Assembly: GCA_964016885.1 (NCBI GenBank)
Contig: OZ024741.1
Location: forward strand, 230,454,001 to 230,518,000
Origin: Eledone cirrhosa
Taxonomy: Eukaryota
Reading direction: 5' to 3'
Length of the DNA: 64,000 nucleotides
In this document: positions 24,505 to 37,929 of the stretch, in pieces
How positions within the stretch are numbered: the first letter of the stretch is position 1
Layout: each line of letters opens with the position of its first letter
The notes under the pieces: generated by a model
Told to the model about the DNA's origin: nothing
Seen by the model: only the letters and a program-made list of their open reading frames with translations
Database searches by the model: none
Program-made: the position numbers and the translations under genes

Positions 24505-26711
24505 CTGTGTCTGCAGAAGTACGGGAGGCAATGGCTGCACAAGGGGTAAATCGCCTGGTTTGGATGGTCTGCCCTATGGACTTTACGTACAGATACCAGA
24601 CTTGTTAGGAGGCTTCTTGGCGGACGTCTACTGCAACTGGCAACACCACGGGAGAATTCACAGCTCTGTGAGCCGAGGAGCGGTGGCGCTGCTGAGAAAG
24701 GCACAACAAGGGGGATAACATAGATAATTTCAGGCAGGCCCATAACTATTCTAAACACAGAATTCAAGATTTTGGTCAAGGTGCTAGCAAAGAGGTTGGC
24801 GTTTGCCGTTGGTGGTTTGGTGAGAGAGGGGCAGACATGCGCAATTCCAGACAGATCCATCCACGACAACCTCCACCTCATGCAATACATCGTGGAGAGG
24901 GTAGCCAGGGAACCTGGCACGGGTGGGCCCTTGATCAATTTAGATCAGTCGAAAGCTTTCGATAGTGTCGACCATCGTTATCTGGCGGTAGTCCTGAGGG
25001 CGGCTAGCTTTGGGCCCGTCTTCAGAGGCTGGATCGCTGCCATGTACAGCGACATCTATTCTGTGGTGAGAGTGAACAGTCACCTTTCGGAACAGTTCAA
25101 CATCATGCGCTCGGTCCGCCAAGGATGTCCCCTCTCGTCCCTCGTGTACGTATTGACTCTTGAGCCATTACTGCACAAACTCGAGACATCAAGGTGATCG
25201 GCACTACACTAAGAGAATACGAAGCGGTGACAGGAGCAATGATCAACCAGGTAAAGTCGGTGGGCCTGCAGCTCGGCACCTGGAGAGGCAGGTCCATGCC
25301 GTCCAACAGCGTCGTCGGGCGCTGGACCGACGGACCGGTTAAATTGCTAGGGTTCTGTTTCGGTCCGTACCTCCAGATGGACAAAAACTGGGACGAGCTG
25401 ACCCAGAAATGGCCAGAGAGGAGAGCTATCCCTGAAAGGTCGAGCGGAGGTGGTCAATGCGTACATCGCGTCCGCCATCTAGTACCGCCTGACAGTCGTG
25501 CATTGTCCTAAGTCTCGCCCGACTGTTCTGGAGCGTTTGCTCTTTCGCTTTTTGTGGAAGGGACGCGCTCCGATGGTCAGGCGGTCCAACTGTTGTCAAC
25601 ACCCGCTACGTGGAAGGCTGGGGATGCCATAGCTGATGATGCGCAGACACGCGCTCAGACTACGACATCTCTATCTCTTCCTCGACGGTGATCAGGTGTG
25701 GTCGCCGTTTGCTAGACGCGCCTTTCCCCAGCTCGTCTCCTTGCCGCCCTGGGTCTAGCGAAGACCGACAGGGAGCACTTGGAGACTGGAATGTCTTCAG
25801 GCGCTCACAGCCCTCGACCAATCGGGCAATGTGATCGGTGGAAACTCCACTTTGGCGTTCTATAGAGGATTAGTGGAGGGGAAGAACGATGCCGCACTTG
25901 GGGAAACTCTAGGCGTCGACGAAAATCAACTAGCCAATCCCTTCGGAAGAACTTTAGGGTCGGGGCCTATGGACAACTTCCAGAAATCCCTGGCTTTGCC
26001 AGTTAGGGATAAACTCTACAGGCATGGAGTTGCCGGCAGCCGGGCATGTCCGAGATGTGCGCAGGGCGAGGAAACCGTCCTGCACGCACTCGTCCTGTGT
26101 CTGATCATTGCTGACACGTGGGTTTATGTCGAACACCTGCTGTCACGTGTAGGACGTATCCGGCTATCAGCTGAGTCCATCGTGAGGATTGCCCCGCCCT
26201 CTTCCTTTAGCCGGGAAGAGCAGGCAGTTTTTATCTGTCTGGTGGCCATGGCGAAAGAGACAGTATGGTGGTCGCGTCTGAAAGGGCTGAAGACGAGCAC
26301 TTACCTCTTCGGTGATGCCCTGATTAACTTTATCAAATTTCATTTGAACAGGAAAATCAGGGTAGAGAGGGAAGTGCTCTCTTCCCAGCATTTTGTTGAA
26401 AGATGGGAGAGGGAGGCAATAATGGCCCGAGTGAATGGGCCTACTCTGAGTATGTGCCTGTAAATTGAAGGTGGAAAACTGGGAGAGGGCAATTGCCCTG
26501 GTGGTCATGGTCACCGTGGCTTTTTAATGGGCTTTCTCCACGATGGCCCTAGGAAGTCTCCCCCCTATTGGGGAATTTTTCCTTGTTTCTTTTTTTGTTA
26601 CATCCTCTGTTTTTTTTCACACGCAGAAATTCCCATTTGTAACGTCCTGTATTGTCCTGTACTGTCCTTAATGTCTTACTTTTTGTAAACTCTTGTTGTT
26701 AATAAAGAAAG

Positions 26712-26751
<40 letters not shown>
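24505..26751 (+). mobile_element. 5'-truncated, internally deleted Tx1/L1-clade LINE with AATAAA and (ATT)n tail
   Basis: GKSPGLDGLPY, NLDQSKAFDSVDH, VRQGCPLS and CPRC..ETVLHAL..C; the YADD region is missing near 25190. Confidence 0.85.
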
Positions 26752-26752
<1 letters not shown>

Positions 26753-26767
26753 GGGAGGTGGATTAGA

Positions 26768-27125
26768 GGGCGGTGGATTGGCAGCATCGGTACAGATTCG
26801 GACCTCGATTTAAGCGACTTACCCCTCCCCCCAAATTATTGGCCTTGTGCCTGTATAAGAAACCATTATTATTAAGCACCAATGCGGTGGATTGGCCGTA
26901 TCAGTCGGAGGCCATGCTTTGCAGCAAAGAGTTACAGCCCTTTATGGTTTGAGTTCATATCCGGCCAAGGTTAACTTTGCCTTTCATCCTTACGGGGTCG
27001 ATAAAATAAAGTACTAGTAATGTACTGGGTAATTTGCTGGCCTTGTGCCAAAAGTAGAAACAATTATTATTAAGCACCAATGCACTGGGTAATTGCCGGT
27101 CCTGTGCCAAAAGTAGAAACAATTA
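26768..27125 (+). mobile_element. Cluster of Deu/Nin SINE copies and fragments
   Basis: Heads at 26768 and 26884, core at ~26980, repeated tails. Confidence 0.8.
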
Positions 27126-27623
27126 TTATTACTATGTTAATTATGTTCACACGCGGATATATATATATATATAAATATTAAAATGTTCGAGGAACAAAAT
27201 AATGAGATAGACAGAGATAAAAAAATATATAAAAAGAAATAAAAATAATATGTGGACGTTGAAAACTTGGGTAGTGCTTTTGTTCCGCGTGTGAACATAA
27301 TTAACATAGTAATAATAATGGATTCTACTTTTGGCACAGGACCAGCAATTACCCAGTGCATTGGTGCTTAATACTAATTGTTTCTACTTTTGGATTATCC
27401 ATTTATGTCGAGACTTGACACCGTACGGTAAGGGTAATTATAGCAGGTACAGTGAACTTTTTAAAATTTATTTTAAAACTTTTTCTTATTTGCTAAACCT
27501 TCATTATATATATATATATATATATATATAATGAAGGTTTAGCAAATAAGAAAAAGTAAGGGTAATTACAGGGTAAGGGTAATTACCGTACGGTGTCAAG
27601 TCTCGACATAAATGGATAATCCA
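27048..27623. repeat. Two adjacent inverted duplications
   Basis: 27048-27157 vs 27284-27393; 27391-27505 vs 27530-27623 around a central (TA)n. Confidence 0.85.
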
Positions 27624-28183
27624 TACGGAAATCCATTGAAAAGGAAGACTTTCGTTAGAGGGTTCTTTTCGCTCTGAGAATATAAAATTCCCGAGTTCAA
27701 ATCACGAACTGGCGCCATTCAAAATTGTTCCCAAGATGAGAGTGTATGATGAAGAAGCAATTATGTCTAGTGCCGTGTGTAAAGTTAGAAGGAAGGGGCG
27801 GAAAGGTCAATCTACTGCCACTAGAAATAGCAGCAGTTAAAACGACCAAAATGTTATCTCAACCAGGGGAGAATAATAATAATAAGGCATGTATCCCTAT
27901 ATGCAAAATACATATAGGGACACATGTATTATCAAACCGTATGCCAATGTGGTTCTATGGCAGGTTAATAAATTAACGAGCCAGAACATATATAATCAAG
28001 GTTTAGCAAATAAGAAAAAGTTTTAAAATAAATTTTAAAAAGTTCACTCTACCTGCTGTAATTACCCTTACCGTACGGTTTCAAGTCTCGAAATAAATGG
28101 ATAATCAATACGGAAATCCATTGAAAACGAACTGGCCCCCGAGATGAGAGTGTATGATGAAGAACCAATTCTGTCTCGAGCCG

Positions 28184-28212
<29 letters not shown>

Positions 28213-28217
<5 letters not shown>

Positions 28218-28348
28218 AAATTGTTTAAGACCCAGAGCTCTGACGTCGGTGTCTTGAACATTTTCCTATTACCCACTCTACTACCCTAAGTATTAAGTAC
28301 TCTGGTACGTTGTGGTCCAGCTTGTTCCTTACCACACTTCTTTCGTTA
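28213..28348 (+). repeat. Hairpin-plus-tail element copy
   Basis: ataggaaa...ttttcctat hairpin followed by the cccactctactaccctaagtat...ttccttaccac tail shared with 36555, 55840 and 61808. Confidence 0.7.
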
Positions 28349-28576
28349 CATATATATATATATAATCAAATTACATGTCTGTATAAAGCTAGCAAACCAT
28401 GACACACTAGGGAAATTGCCTTCTAATGCATACAGTTGAGGAACAAAATAATGAGATAGACAGAGATAAAAAAAAAAATATAAATACAACTAAAAATAAT
28501 ATGAGGACCTTGAAAACTTGGGTACCGCTTTTGACCCGTGTGTGAATAAAATTAACAGAGTAATAATAAGAATAAT

Positions 28577-28940
28577 GATTTCTACTTTAGGCACAAGGCC
28601 AGTAATTTGTGGGGAGAGGAAAGTCGATAAAATTGACCCAGTGCGTGACTGGCAATTTATTTTTTCGAGCCCGTAAGGATGAAAGGTAAAGGTAACCATG
28701 GCGGGATTTGAACTCAGACCATAAAGGGACGTAACTCTATGCTGAAAACACGGGGCCCGACTCTCTACTGATACTCTCAATCCACCGCCCTAATAATAAT
28801 AATAATGGTTTCTTATATAGTCACGAGGCCAGCAATTTTGGGAGAGGGGTAAGTCGATTAAATCGACCCCAGTGCGTGACTGGTACTATATTTTATCGAC
28901 CACGTAAGGATGAAAGGCAAAGTTAATCTCGGCGGGATAC
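28577..28940 (-). mobile_element. Two Deu/Nin SINE copies
   Basis: Reverse-complement cores at ~28665 and ~28895, head at ~28790. Confidence 0.8.
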
Positions 28941-29939
28941 GAACAATAATAATAATAATAATAATAATAATGATAATAATAATAATAATAATAAGAAGAA
29001 GAAGAAGAGGAAGGGAAGAAGACGCACGTGGTGGTAGAAGGTCATGAAACCGCTCCCGTAAGTTTTTGATTTTTAACATATTTAAATCAATTGTGAAATA
29101 ACAATTCTTAGTACAAATGATGCATAAATCACCGAATCAAGTCTCATAAAAATTCGGATCCATAATATATTGTTATATCGCTCAAATATTCAATTTCGTA
29201 TGATATATTTTATATTCAAAAAAGAAAATGGTTATAAATGGAAGAAAACCCCCTTCTGTCTACACTATATAGAACAGCCAAATAACAGCAATTTCACCAA
29301 CACCAGAAACTAGATACACCACCTACCCCATCACCCTGCTGTGTACACTAAATATAACAGCCAGATAACGGCAATTTCACCACCACCACCACCAATCCCA
29401 GCATCATAATAATAATTACTATTATTATTGTCTCAAGTTTTAACAAAATGTTTAATTCCAATATTAAGAGAATATGTCAACACATATATTAAACATACGC
29501 GACACAAACGCATAGTACTACAGATCAAACAAAACTAGTCTATTCAACAAAACTCAGTAACGACAACGCCACCGCCGCCACCACTCCATCCATCATTGCT
29601 GCCACTATCCCATCACCGCCGCCACCACTCCTTCATTGCTACCACCACTATTCCCCTGTTAACTTAAGAAAGGGGAAGGTGGCGGTATCACTAGACAAGG
29701 GAGGGGCTAGCAAAAGATATAAATAGATTGACTTATTGACCCGGCCACCGGCCAAACGTCAATAACTATGGCACTGCTGGCTCCCCCCTTCCCCACCAAC
29801 AATATAAAAAGCCCCAGCACCACCACCGACATAGCCAACAACAATAACAGGCAACTTCAGCAAAAAGTATATTATATTATTGTAATGCACTGGGTAATTG
29901 CTGGCCTTGTGCCTGGAGTGGAGACAATTATTAATAATT

Positions 29940-32900
29940 TCATTCTTAAGTCACGCAATGCTCACATTAAGGAACCACTCATGATAATAACAATTCAAAA
30001 AACAACAAAAAAGAAAACCCCGTGACCAAGAAATACCGGGATGGCGGCCGGCGGGGAATAGCCGTGTCTCTAGGGGAGAACGACCCCTCTAGTCTTGGTT
30101 GACACTCGTTCTAGAAGTGGTAACACAAAATGATTACCCCTTGGCGGATAAGGATAAAACGCGACAAAATAAAGTAAATGTCTAATGATAAAATCTCATA
30201 CCGGATCGGCCGTCACCTGGGTAAAAAAGGGCGCGTCCCTCAGAGAGGAACCAGACTGGGGTCGAAAAATCAGCTAATAGGTTCAAACCTGCCCATCACT
30301 TCGGAGCTGGAGACCTCCCATAACCGGAATACTCCTACTGTTGGCCCTCCATGCTCACCACCAAGAAATCCAAAGAAAAAGAGAGAAAAATGGTCTAGGG
30401 AAGATAATAAAGAAGTCCTTGAGGCTTTCTAGACTGCCATGTACTACCCATCAAACACATCGAATACAGAACAGAGATATATCAACTGGAAAAAGAAACA
30501 TCCCGAAAACAGAGGCTATATTGACAATAACAAACTAGCCAATATACGAAGAAATATTGTAAAAAAAAAGTTACTAACTGATATAGAAATTGATCAGATC
30601 AAGCTATTAGCACAAAGTCAGCGAAGGGAAAATGAAACATGTGTCAGTGAAAACGAGGTAAATTGTAACACTTCGAATCCCAGGGTTGGGGCGGAATCAC
30701 TGGCAACAGAACAAATTAAAGAAAGGATCGAAAAAGTGGAGAGAGTGCATGCTCAAGATGAAACTCCAAATGAAAATAATGAGATCGTAAATGATAAAGA
30801 AATGAATGAGAATGAACTTGTCAACTTGAAGGATGAAATTATGATCGAATGGATGAAAATGAAAGAATCTGACATGGGGCAACGAGACACCCTCCCTAAG
30901 ATCCAGAACTCCAACCAGAACCAAAAGATAATACACAAGACTAACATAATTCTCAAAAACATTATCATCACAAACAAACTAAACATTACTGATTTAAATC
31001 ATCTCTATTATACATCGGTTAAAGTCACCACTCCCGTATGTGGGGTGACGATGAAAAAACAAAGGAATTCCCACAAGAAATCTACTTGGCAAGAAAACAT
31101 CAATCGCCAAATAAACCTTCTCCGATCTGACATAGACATTTTAACAAACTATAAAGTAGGTGAACATGTTAAACAAACTAAACTTAGAAAATTGAAAAGA
31201 AAGTACAGTATAAAATCAACAAGTGACATAGACATGCTGATAGAAATAATCAAGCAAAAAGTGTCGGCCAAAGCTGCTCGTATAAGGCGCTTTGAAAAAC
31301 GATCTAGATTCTATAAGGACAATAACATGTTCAAAAACAACCAAAGAAACTTCTACAGAAAAATTGGCAAGTCAACAATAACTGCTAAATCAATACCACC
31401 CAAGGAGCAAGTGCAAGAATTCTGGGAAAAGATCTGGGCCGAAGAAAAAGTTCATAACATACATGCCCCATGGATAGACAGACAAATGAAAGATACAGCT
31501 CACCTTGAAGAACAAATATGGGAAAATATAACAGTTGAACAGTTGCGCTTGGCTCTAAGAAAAACCAGCAAATGGAAATCCCCAGGAAAAGACAAAATAC
31601 AAAATTTTTGGATAAATGCCTTCACAGAGTCTCATGAACTGTTAGCCCAACTTTACAATGAAATAGTTAAGGAGCCAGAAAAGATACCATCATGGCTAGT
31701 TAACGGCATTACATTCCTGCTTCCGAAGAATGATGAGACAAACAATCCCAAAAATTACAGACCGATAACTTGCTTGACCACAATGTATAAAATTTTAAAA
31801 TCAGTCCTAACTGAATACACATATGACCACCTGATAACAAATGACCTATTTCCCATTGAGCATAAAGGGTGAAAACGAGCCTCATATGGCTGTAAGGATC
31901 AGCTTTTGGTTAACAAAATGATACTGGAAGATTGTCATAATAGACACAAAAACCTATCAATTGCTTGGATAGATTATAAAAAAGCATTCGATAGCTTGCC
32001 ACACAGTTGGATTGAAAAATGTTTAGAGATTTTCAAAATATCCCCCGTTGTCAGGAGGTTTTTGTCATTCAGTATGAAGACATGGAAAACGACACTCCTT
32101 TTGAATAGTGAAACAAAATCACTGGAAGCTGGAGAAGTTAATATTAATTGTGGAATTTTTCAGAGTGACTCTTTATCACTGCTTTTATTCTGCATCGCAC
32201 TTATACCATTAAGTAAAATGCTCAATGAAACAAAACATGGATATAAAGTCTAAGACAAAACCATTAATCACTTGTTCTACATGGGTGACCTGAAACTATT
32301 TGCAAAAAATGATGAACAATTGCAAGGGCTATTATCCACTGTGGAGCAGTTCAGTGATGACATTAAGATGGAGTTTGGACTAGATAAATGCGCCAAAGCA
32401 ACGTTCACCAGAGGAAAGCTGCTGAAGAGTTCAGACATTAATCTTGATCGGGGGAATGTGATAAGAGAACTTGATCAAGAAAAAACTTACAAATATCTAG
32501 GTGTTTGTGAAGGAGACGGAATCAAGCACTCGACAATGAGGGAAAGGATAAGGAAGGAATGTTACCGCAGAGTAAGAGCAATCTTAAGAACGGAATTGAA
32601 TGCAAGGAAAAGGATCGATGCCATAAACACGCTTGCCATACCAGTAGTAACCTACAGTTACAATGTCATCAACTGGTCAAGCACAGAGATCCGTAGGCTC
32701 GATACAAAAATTCGAAAATTCTTAACCATGCACAGATACAGATAGAATATATCTCCCTAGGAAAGAAGGAGGACGCGGGTTAATCCAGTTAGACATTGCG
32801 TTGAAAACTGCAACAATTGGATTATCTACATATCTAAGGGAATCACATGATTGGATGATCAAACTCGTTTTGAAACACGAAAGCATCAAAAGATCATACT

Positions 32901-33949
32901 CCATTACAAAAGATGCACAAAGATACAGTAATGGACTACACATTCCAGAGGTCCCATTTACTGCTGAAATGGAAAACACAGAAAAAGCAAAGCAGGTAAA
33001 AGTAACTGCAAAGAAAGAACTGCTACAGAAACTGGCTAAGAAATGGCAAGAAAAGCCTCTGTATGGAAAATAGCCAGAACGAGCTAACAATCCTGATGTT
33101 GACAATACTTTAACCCATCAGTGGTTGGCATCCTCTGGACTGAAATCGGAGACTGAAGGACTGATTATATCAGCACAAGATCAGTGTCTGCCAAAAAAAA
33201 TTACCAAGCCAACATAAAAAAAATGGATGCAGCCCATTCTGCCGTGTATGCAAAAAACAACCAGAGATCATTGACCATATAATTTCAATGTGCAGTCCTA
33301 TAGCTCCAACCGAATACCTAAACAGGCATGACAGAGCTGCACAATACATACATTGGATAATGTGTAAGCATTTTGACCTGCCCCATCAAAAGAATTGGTG
33401 GGAGCATCAACCACCTCCCATACTTGAAAAAGATCACATCTCAATCTTGTGGAACTTTAGCATCCAAACAGACCGAAAAATAGATGCAAATAGACCTGAT
33501 TTAATATTGAAGGACTTTAAAAAGAGGGTATGCCTGCTAATTGATATGTCCGTTCCAATAGACAAGAATGTATCTATAAAAACATTTGTAAAATTGAGCA
33601 AGTATAAGGACCTGGAGATAGAAATTGGAAAAATGTGGAAATTGAGAACTAAAACAATACCAGTGGTTGTAGGCGCTCTGGGAATGATACCTAAGGGGTC
33701 TAATGATTACTTATCGCAAATCCCAGAAAGCCCGCGTATAGGAGAAATACAAACGATAGTACTAATGGGAACTGCCCATATACTAAGGAAGATTATGTCA
33801 ATATAAGTACATCACAAGTCTAAACACTAAAGATGCATGTGTGAGTATGTATGTTCTTTCTTGAACATGGCGGATCTTGTTGTCTCTTGAGGTCACTGGT
33901 TGTGACTTGGTGATAACTCGTATGAACATAAAGCAAGATAAATGCAACT

Positions 33950-33980
<31 letters not shown>
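29940..33980 (+). mobile_element. Near full-length R4/Dong LINE (family B), pseudogenised, with (AAT)n tail
   Basis: ORF pieces 30178-33806: WKSPGKD, YRPITCL, WIDYKKAFDS, YMGDLK (catalytic DD lost), RHDR, NRPDLIL..IDMSVP..KLSKYKDL, PVVVGALG. Confidence 0.92.
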
Positions 33981-33983
<3 letters not shown>

Positions 33984-36369
33984 CAACCAGAAGATGCTGT
34001 TTGGACAGCTTGAAGGGAAAGAAAGAGACAACGACTTGATCCCTGAGGCGGAACAAACTAAGACATTCTGGAGGGGAATATGGGAGCAGGATGTTAAACA
34101 TAATGACCAGGCAGTGTGGATTGAGACAGTATAAAAGGAGATTAGTGAACAGGCACACCAACAAATTGATTTGAGTATCACAGTTGAAACTCTTAAGGGG
34201 CAGGCCAAAAAACTAACCAACTGGAAATCACCAGGCCCAGATGGTGTGCAGGGGTATTGGATTAAAAATATAACATCCCTCCACCCGAAACTGACAACCA
34301 TGTTCAATGACTGCTTGATGTCAGGTGAGGCACCAAAGTGCTTGACAAAAGGTATCACAGTTCTGGTAATGAAAGACCGAATCAAGGGTAATGATGTTAC
34401 CAACTATAGACCTATGCCATGTCTGTCCGTAATGTGGAAACTGTTGACAAGCATTATGTCTGAGGAAATCTACCATCACCTCCACACAAACAACTTGTTA
34501 CCGGACGAACAGAAAGGATGCCGAAAGAGGTCCCGTGGTACAAAGGACCAGTTACTTATTGATAAGATGGTAATGAGGAATTGCAAGAGGAGACACACTG
34601 GTCTTGCCATGGGATGGATAGACTACAAAAAGGCATTTGACATGGTGCCTCATTCTTGGATCACCAAAAGCCTAGAGATCTTCAAGGTGGCAGATAACAT
34701 CAGACAGTTGTTGGGCAAATGTATGAAGTCCTGGAAGACAGAGTTAACATCAGCTGGAGAATCCTTGGGAGGCGTGAAGATCAAGAGAGGTATCTTCCAG
34801 GGAGATAGACTCTCTCCTCTGTTGTTTGTCCTTGCCCTGATGCTCCTGACCATTATACTGCGAAAAATGAGAGCAGGATACAATTTGGGAAAGGGAGAGC
34901 TTACCATCAATCACCTCCTCTTCATGGACGATCTTAAGCTCTTCGGGAAGAGTGAGTACGAGTTGGATGTGCTTGTTGACACTCTCCGTATTTTCAGCAT
35001 TGATATATGTATGCAATTTGGTATTAGTAAGTGTGGAGTCCTTGTGATGAAGAGGGGTAAATTGAGCAGAAGCAACGGAATCCAGGTACCAACATGTGAG
35101 ATGATAAAGGAAATTGACACTGAAGAAGGATACAAGTATTTGGGTGTTCTGGAGGCTGATGACATCAAGAACAAAAAAATGAAGGAATTGATAAGATCTG
35201 AATACATTCGGAGAATAAGGAGCGTATTAAAGTCACATCTCAACAGTAGGAATGCCATAAGTGCAGTAAATTCCCGAGCTGTGTCTATTACTAGGTACAG
35301 TGCGGGAATTCTGAGATGGAATGTTGCTGAAGAAAAAGAAATGGATAGTAAGACTAGGAAGCTATTGACTATCTACAACATCTTCCACAAGAGGAGTGAT
35401 GTCTATAGACTCTACTTAAGGAGATCTGAAGGTGGAAGAGGTCTTATCAGCATAGATGACTGTGTTCAGATGGAGAAAAACAACCTACACAAATACGTGA
35501 CTATTAGTAAGGAGCCAAATGCTCAGAATTGTACTGAAGGAGAGGACAATAGACCATGGGATGTCTAAGGAGGAAATAACAACAAGGAGAAGAGCAGCCT
35601 TCAGGAAAAATCCCTTCATAGTACCTTCTTTGAGAAAACTGAATTCAGAGATCCACAGACATGGAATTGGTTGAAAAGAGGAGACCTTAAAAAGGCTACA
35701 GAAGGAATGTTAATGGCTGCGCAAGAGCAGGCCCTCAAAACGAAGTGGTTGAAACACCATATTTACTAGGAGGAGGCTAGCCCACTGTGCAGGATCTGTG
35801 GAGAGAGAGAGGAGACTGTGGCTCACATTGTATCCGAGTGTAAACACGTAGCCCAGACTCACTATAAGGGATGGAGACATGATGTGATGGGCAGGGTGAT
35901 CTACTGGCACCTATGCAAAGTAAACAATTTACCACATTCTGAGAAGTGGTATGAGCATAAGCCAGTGTCGGTGATAGAAAACGATCAAATGAAGTTGCTG
36001 TGGGATTTTATGATACAGACGGACAAAAAACTCGAACACAATAGACATGACCTGGTGTTTTGGACAAGGAAAAAAGATCGTGCCTGATTGTGGATGTGGC
36101 CTGCCCATTCGACACGAGAGTGCAAGAGAAGGAGAGGGAGAAAATTAACCGATACCAGGACTTAAAGTGGGAGGTAAAAAGGATTTGGAACTGCCATGAA
36201 GTCAAAGTGGTCCCAAAAAGCATGCTTGCTGGGAACAGCAAGAACCCCTCGATACGCCCTGAATATCAGAGGCTGCAGGTAGCGGCTTGATATTCATATC
36301 AATAAACTTTCCAGTTAACTAACATCAATGACTGAGACTCAAAGAACAATAATAATAATAATAATAATA
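33981..36369 (+). mobile_element. 5'-truncated R4/Dong LINE (family C) inserted in the tail of family B
   Basis: 465-aa ORF 34171-35568 with GIFQGD and intact LFMDDLKL; CRICG..AHIVSEC, RHD, DVACPFD..EKINRYQDL; (AAT)n tail. Confidence 0.92.
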
Positions 36370-36487
36370 ACTGTTTCTAATCTAGGCACAAGGCCAACAA
36401 TTACCCAGTGCATCACTGGTACTTTATTTTATCGACCCCGTAAGGATGAAAGACAAAGTCAACCTCGGCGGGATTTTAACTCAGATC
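36370..36487 (-). mobile_element. Deu/Nin SINE 3' part
   Basis: Reverse-complement core at ~36430-36460. Confidence 0.8.
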
Positions 36488-36524
<37 letters not shown>

Positions 36525-36554
36525 TAATACATATATATATATAGAGAGAGAGAG

Positions 36555-36755
36555 ATAGGAAAAAGTATGGCCCCGACGGCAGAGCTCGAGCCGTTTCGAT
36601 GGCTATTTGTGGTCTTGTCCAGAAATAGCCGTCGAAACGGCTTGAGCTCTGCCGTTGGGGCCATACTTTTTCCTATTTCCCACTCTACTACCCTAAGTAT
36701 TGATTACTCTGGTGCGTTATGGTCCATCTGGTTCCTTACCACAATTCCTTTGTTA
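36555..36755 (+). repeat. Near-perfect ~120-bp palindrome plus conserved tail
   Basis: ataggaaaaagtatggccccgacggcagagctcgagccgtttcga... pairs with ...tcgaaacggcttgagctctgccgttggggccatactttttcctat. Confidence 0.85.
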
Positions 36756-37131
36756 TATATATATATATATATACCCACATAGGCACGCACACGCAAACAC
36801 ACACACACATAGATATATATCAATATACGTAACAATTCTCCAGAACAGCCACGTTACATGGCCTGCTTATAATTCTACACAATTGTTGTTGCCGAAACAC
36901 ACGCACATATATACAGAAACCTATAAACACTCGTGTAAAAGCAGACATAAGTACAAATATGGACACACGCATACATACACACATTCAAAGAAACATACAT
37001 TCAATCATACAGAAACAGGCAACCGATGCTAAATGTAACTATTACAGGATGGTCAACATCGTGTAATGAAACACAGTATTTATAAAAGTATTATTGCAAG
37101 TAAATAAAATGCAACTTATTAATAAACTTAC

Positions 37132-37287
37132 CATATTTTTGTGTGCAATCGTCGTCTTCACATATTTTTCGTGGCTCAGATGCGACGCAATCTCCGATTG
37201 TTTTATTGCATTTACCTTTAATGTATAAAGAAACACATCATTTTATCAATAAAGAGTCATAAAATCCGAGTAGAGAAGGCATCGGAT
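37132..37287 (-). pseudogene. Degenerate EGF-like exon (or a shorter intact 84-nt exon at 37132-37215)
   Basis: Donor G|gtaagt in phase 1; translation LGFYDSLLIK*CVSLYIKGKCNKTIGDCVASEPRKICEDDDCTQKY resembles the GFYG..C...C...C..G.CNKT.G.C pattern; one in-frame TGA. Confidence 0.5.
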
Positions 37288-37929
37288 CTTTTAAAATTGA
37301 TGTCTTTCTAAGCGTTTTAATCCTGCGGATCTCACTGGCCACTAAATTCGTAATTTTAAATTCCACGGATCATTAATATGATTTAAAAAAAAAAAGATAA
37401 ATAAAAAAAAATAATGATCAGAGAACTTCCATTCTATTAAACAATACGGAAACGTACGTGTGTCATATTGTCGACAGATGATACATATGTGTAAAATTCC
37501 TTCATGGGTGTTAGTTCTTTGCTGAGGAGAAACATTTATTAGGGGTGTTATAAGATATATTTTAACCGAATATTATTTTTGTATTAATATTAATAAAACA
37601 TAAAAAATGCAAATAATCCGAATTTTTCTGCGGACCACCAACATTTTCTCTACCGGTTGGTGGTCTAAACGACATTTGTGGAAGCACATGTGGTTGTAAT
37701 TTGAAACTAAATGTGAACTCATTTTAATAGACATGGTTACATTGAACATTTACTGTTGAGATTAATATTTATATCAAACATGAATTTAAACATGAACATT
37801 ATATAAACACATCAACTATTTGTAATAATATACACTCTAATTCTTGACTAAGGTGCTATGAATACAATGTAAAGGGAGCTTAATGTAAAGGAAAATTGAT
37901 CAGTCTGTACCATGAGCGTTAAGGATTAT

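Noticed and set aside
29260-29660. Short direct repeats and (ACC)n-rich tract
   Set aside because: Low-complexity slippage products without further structure
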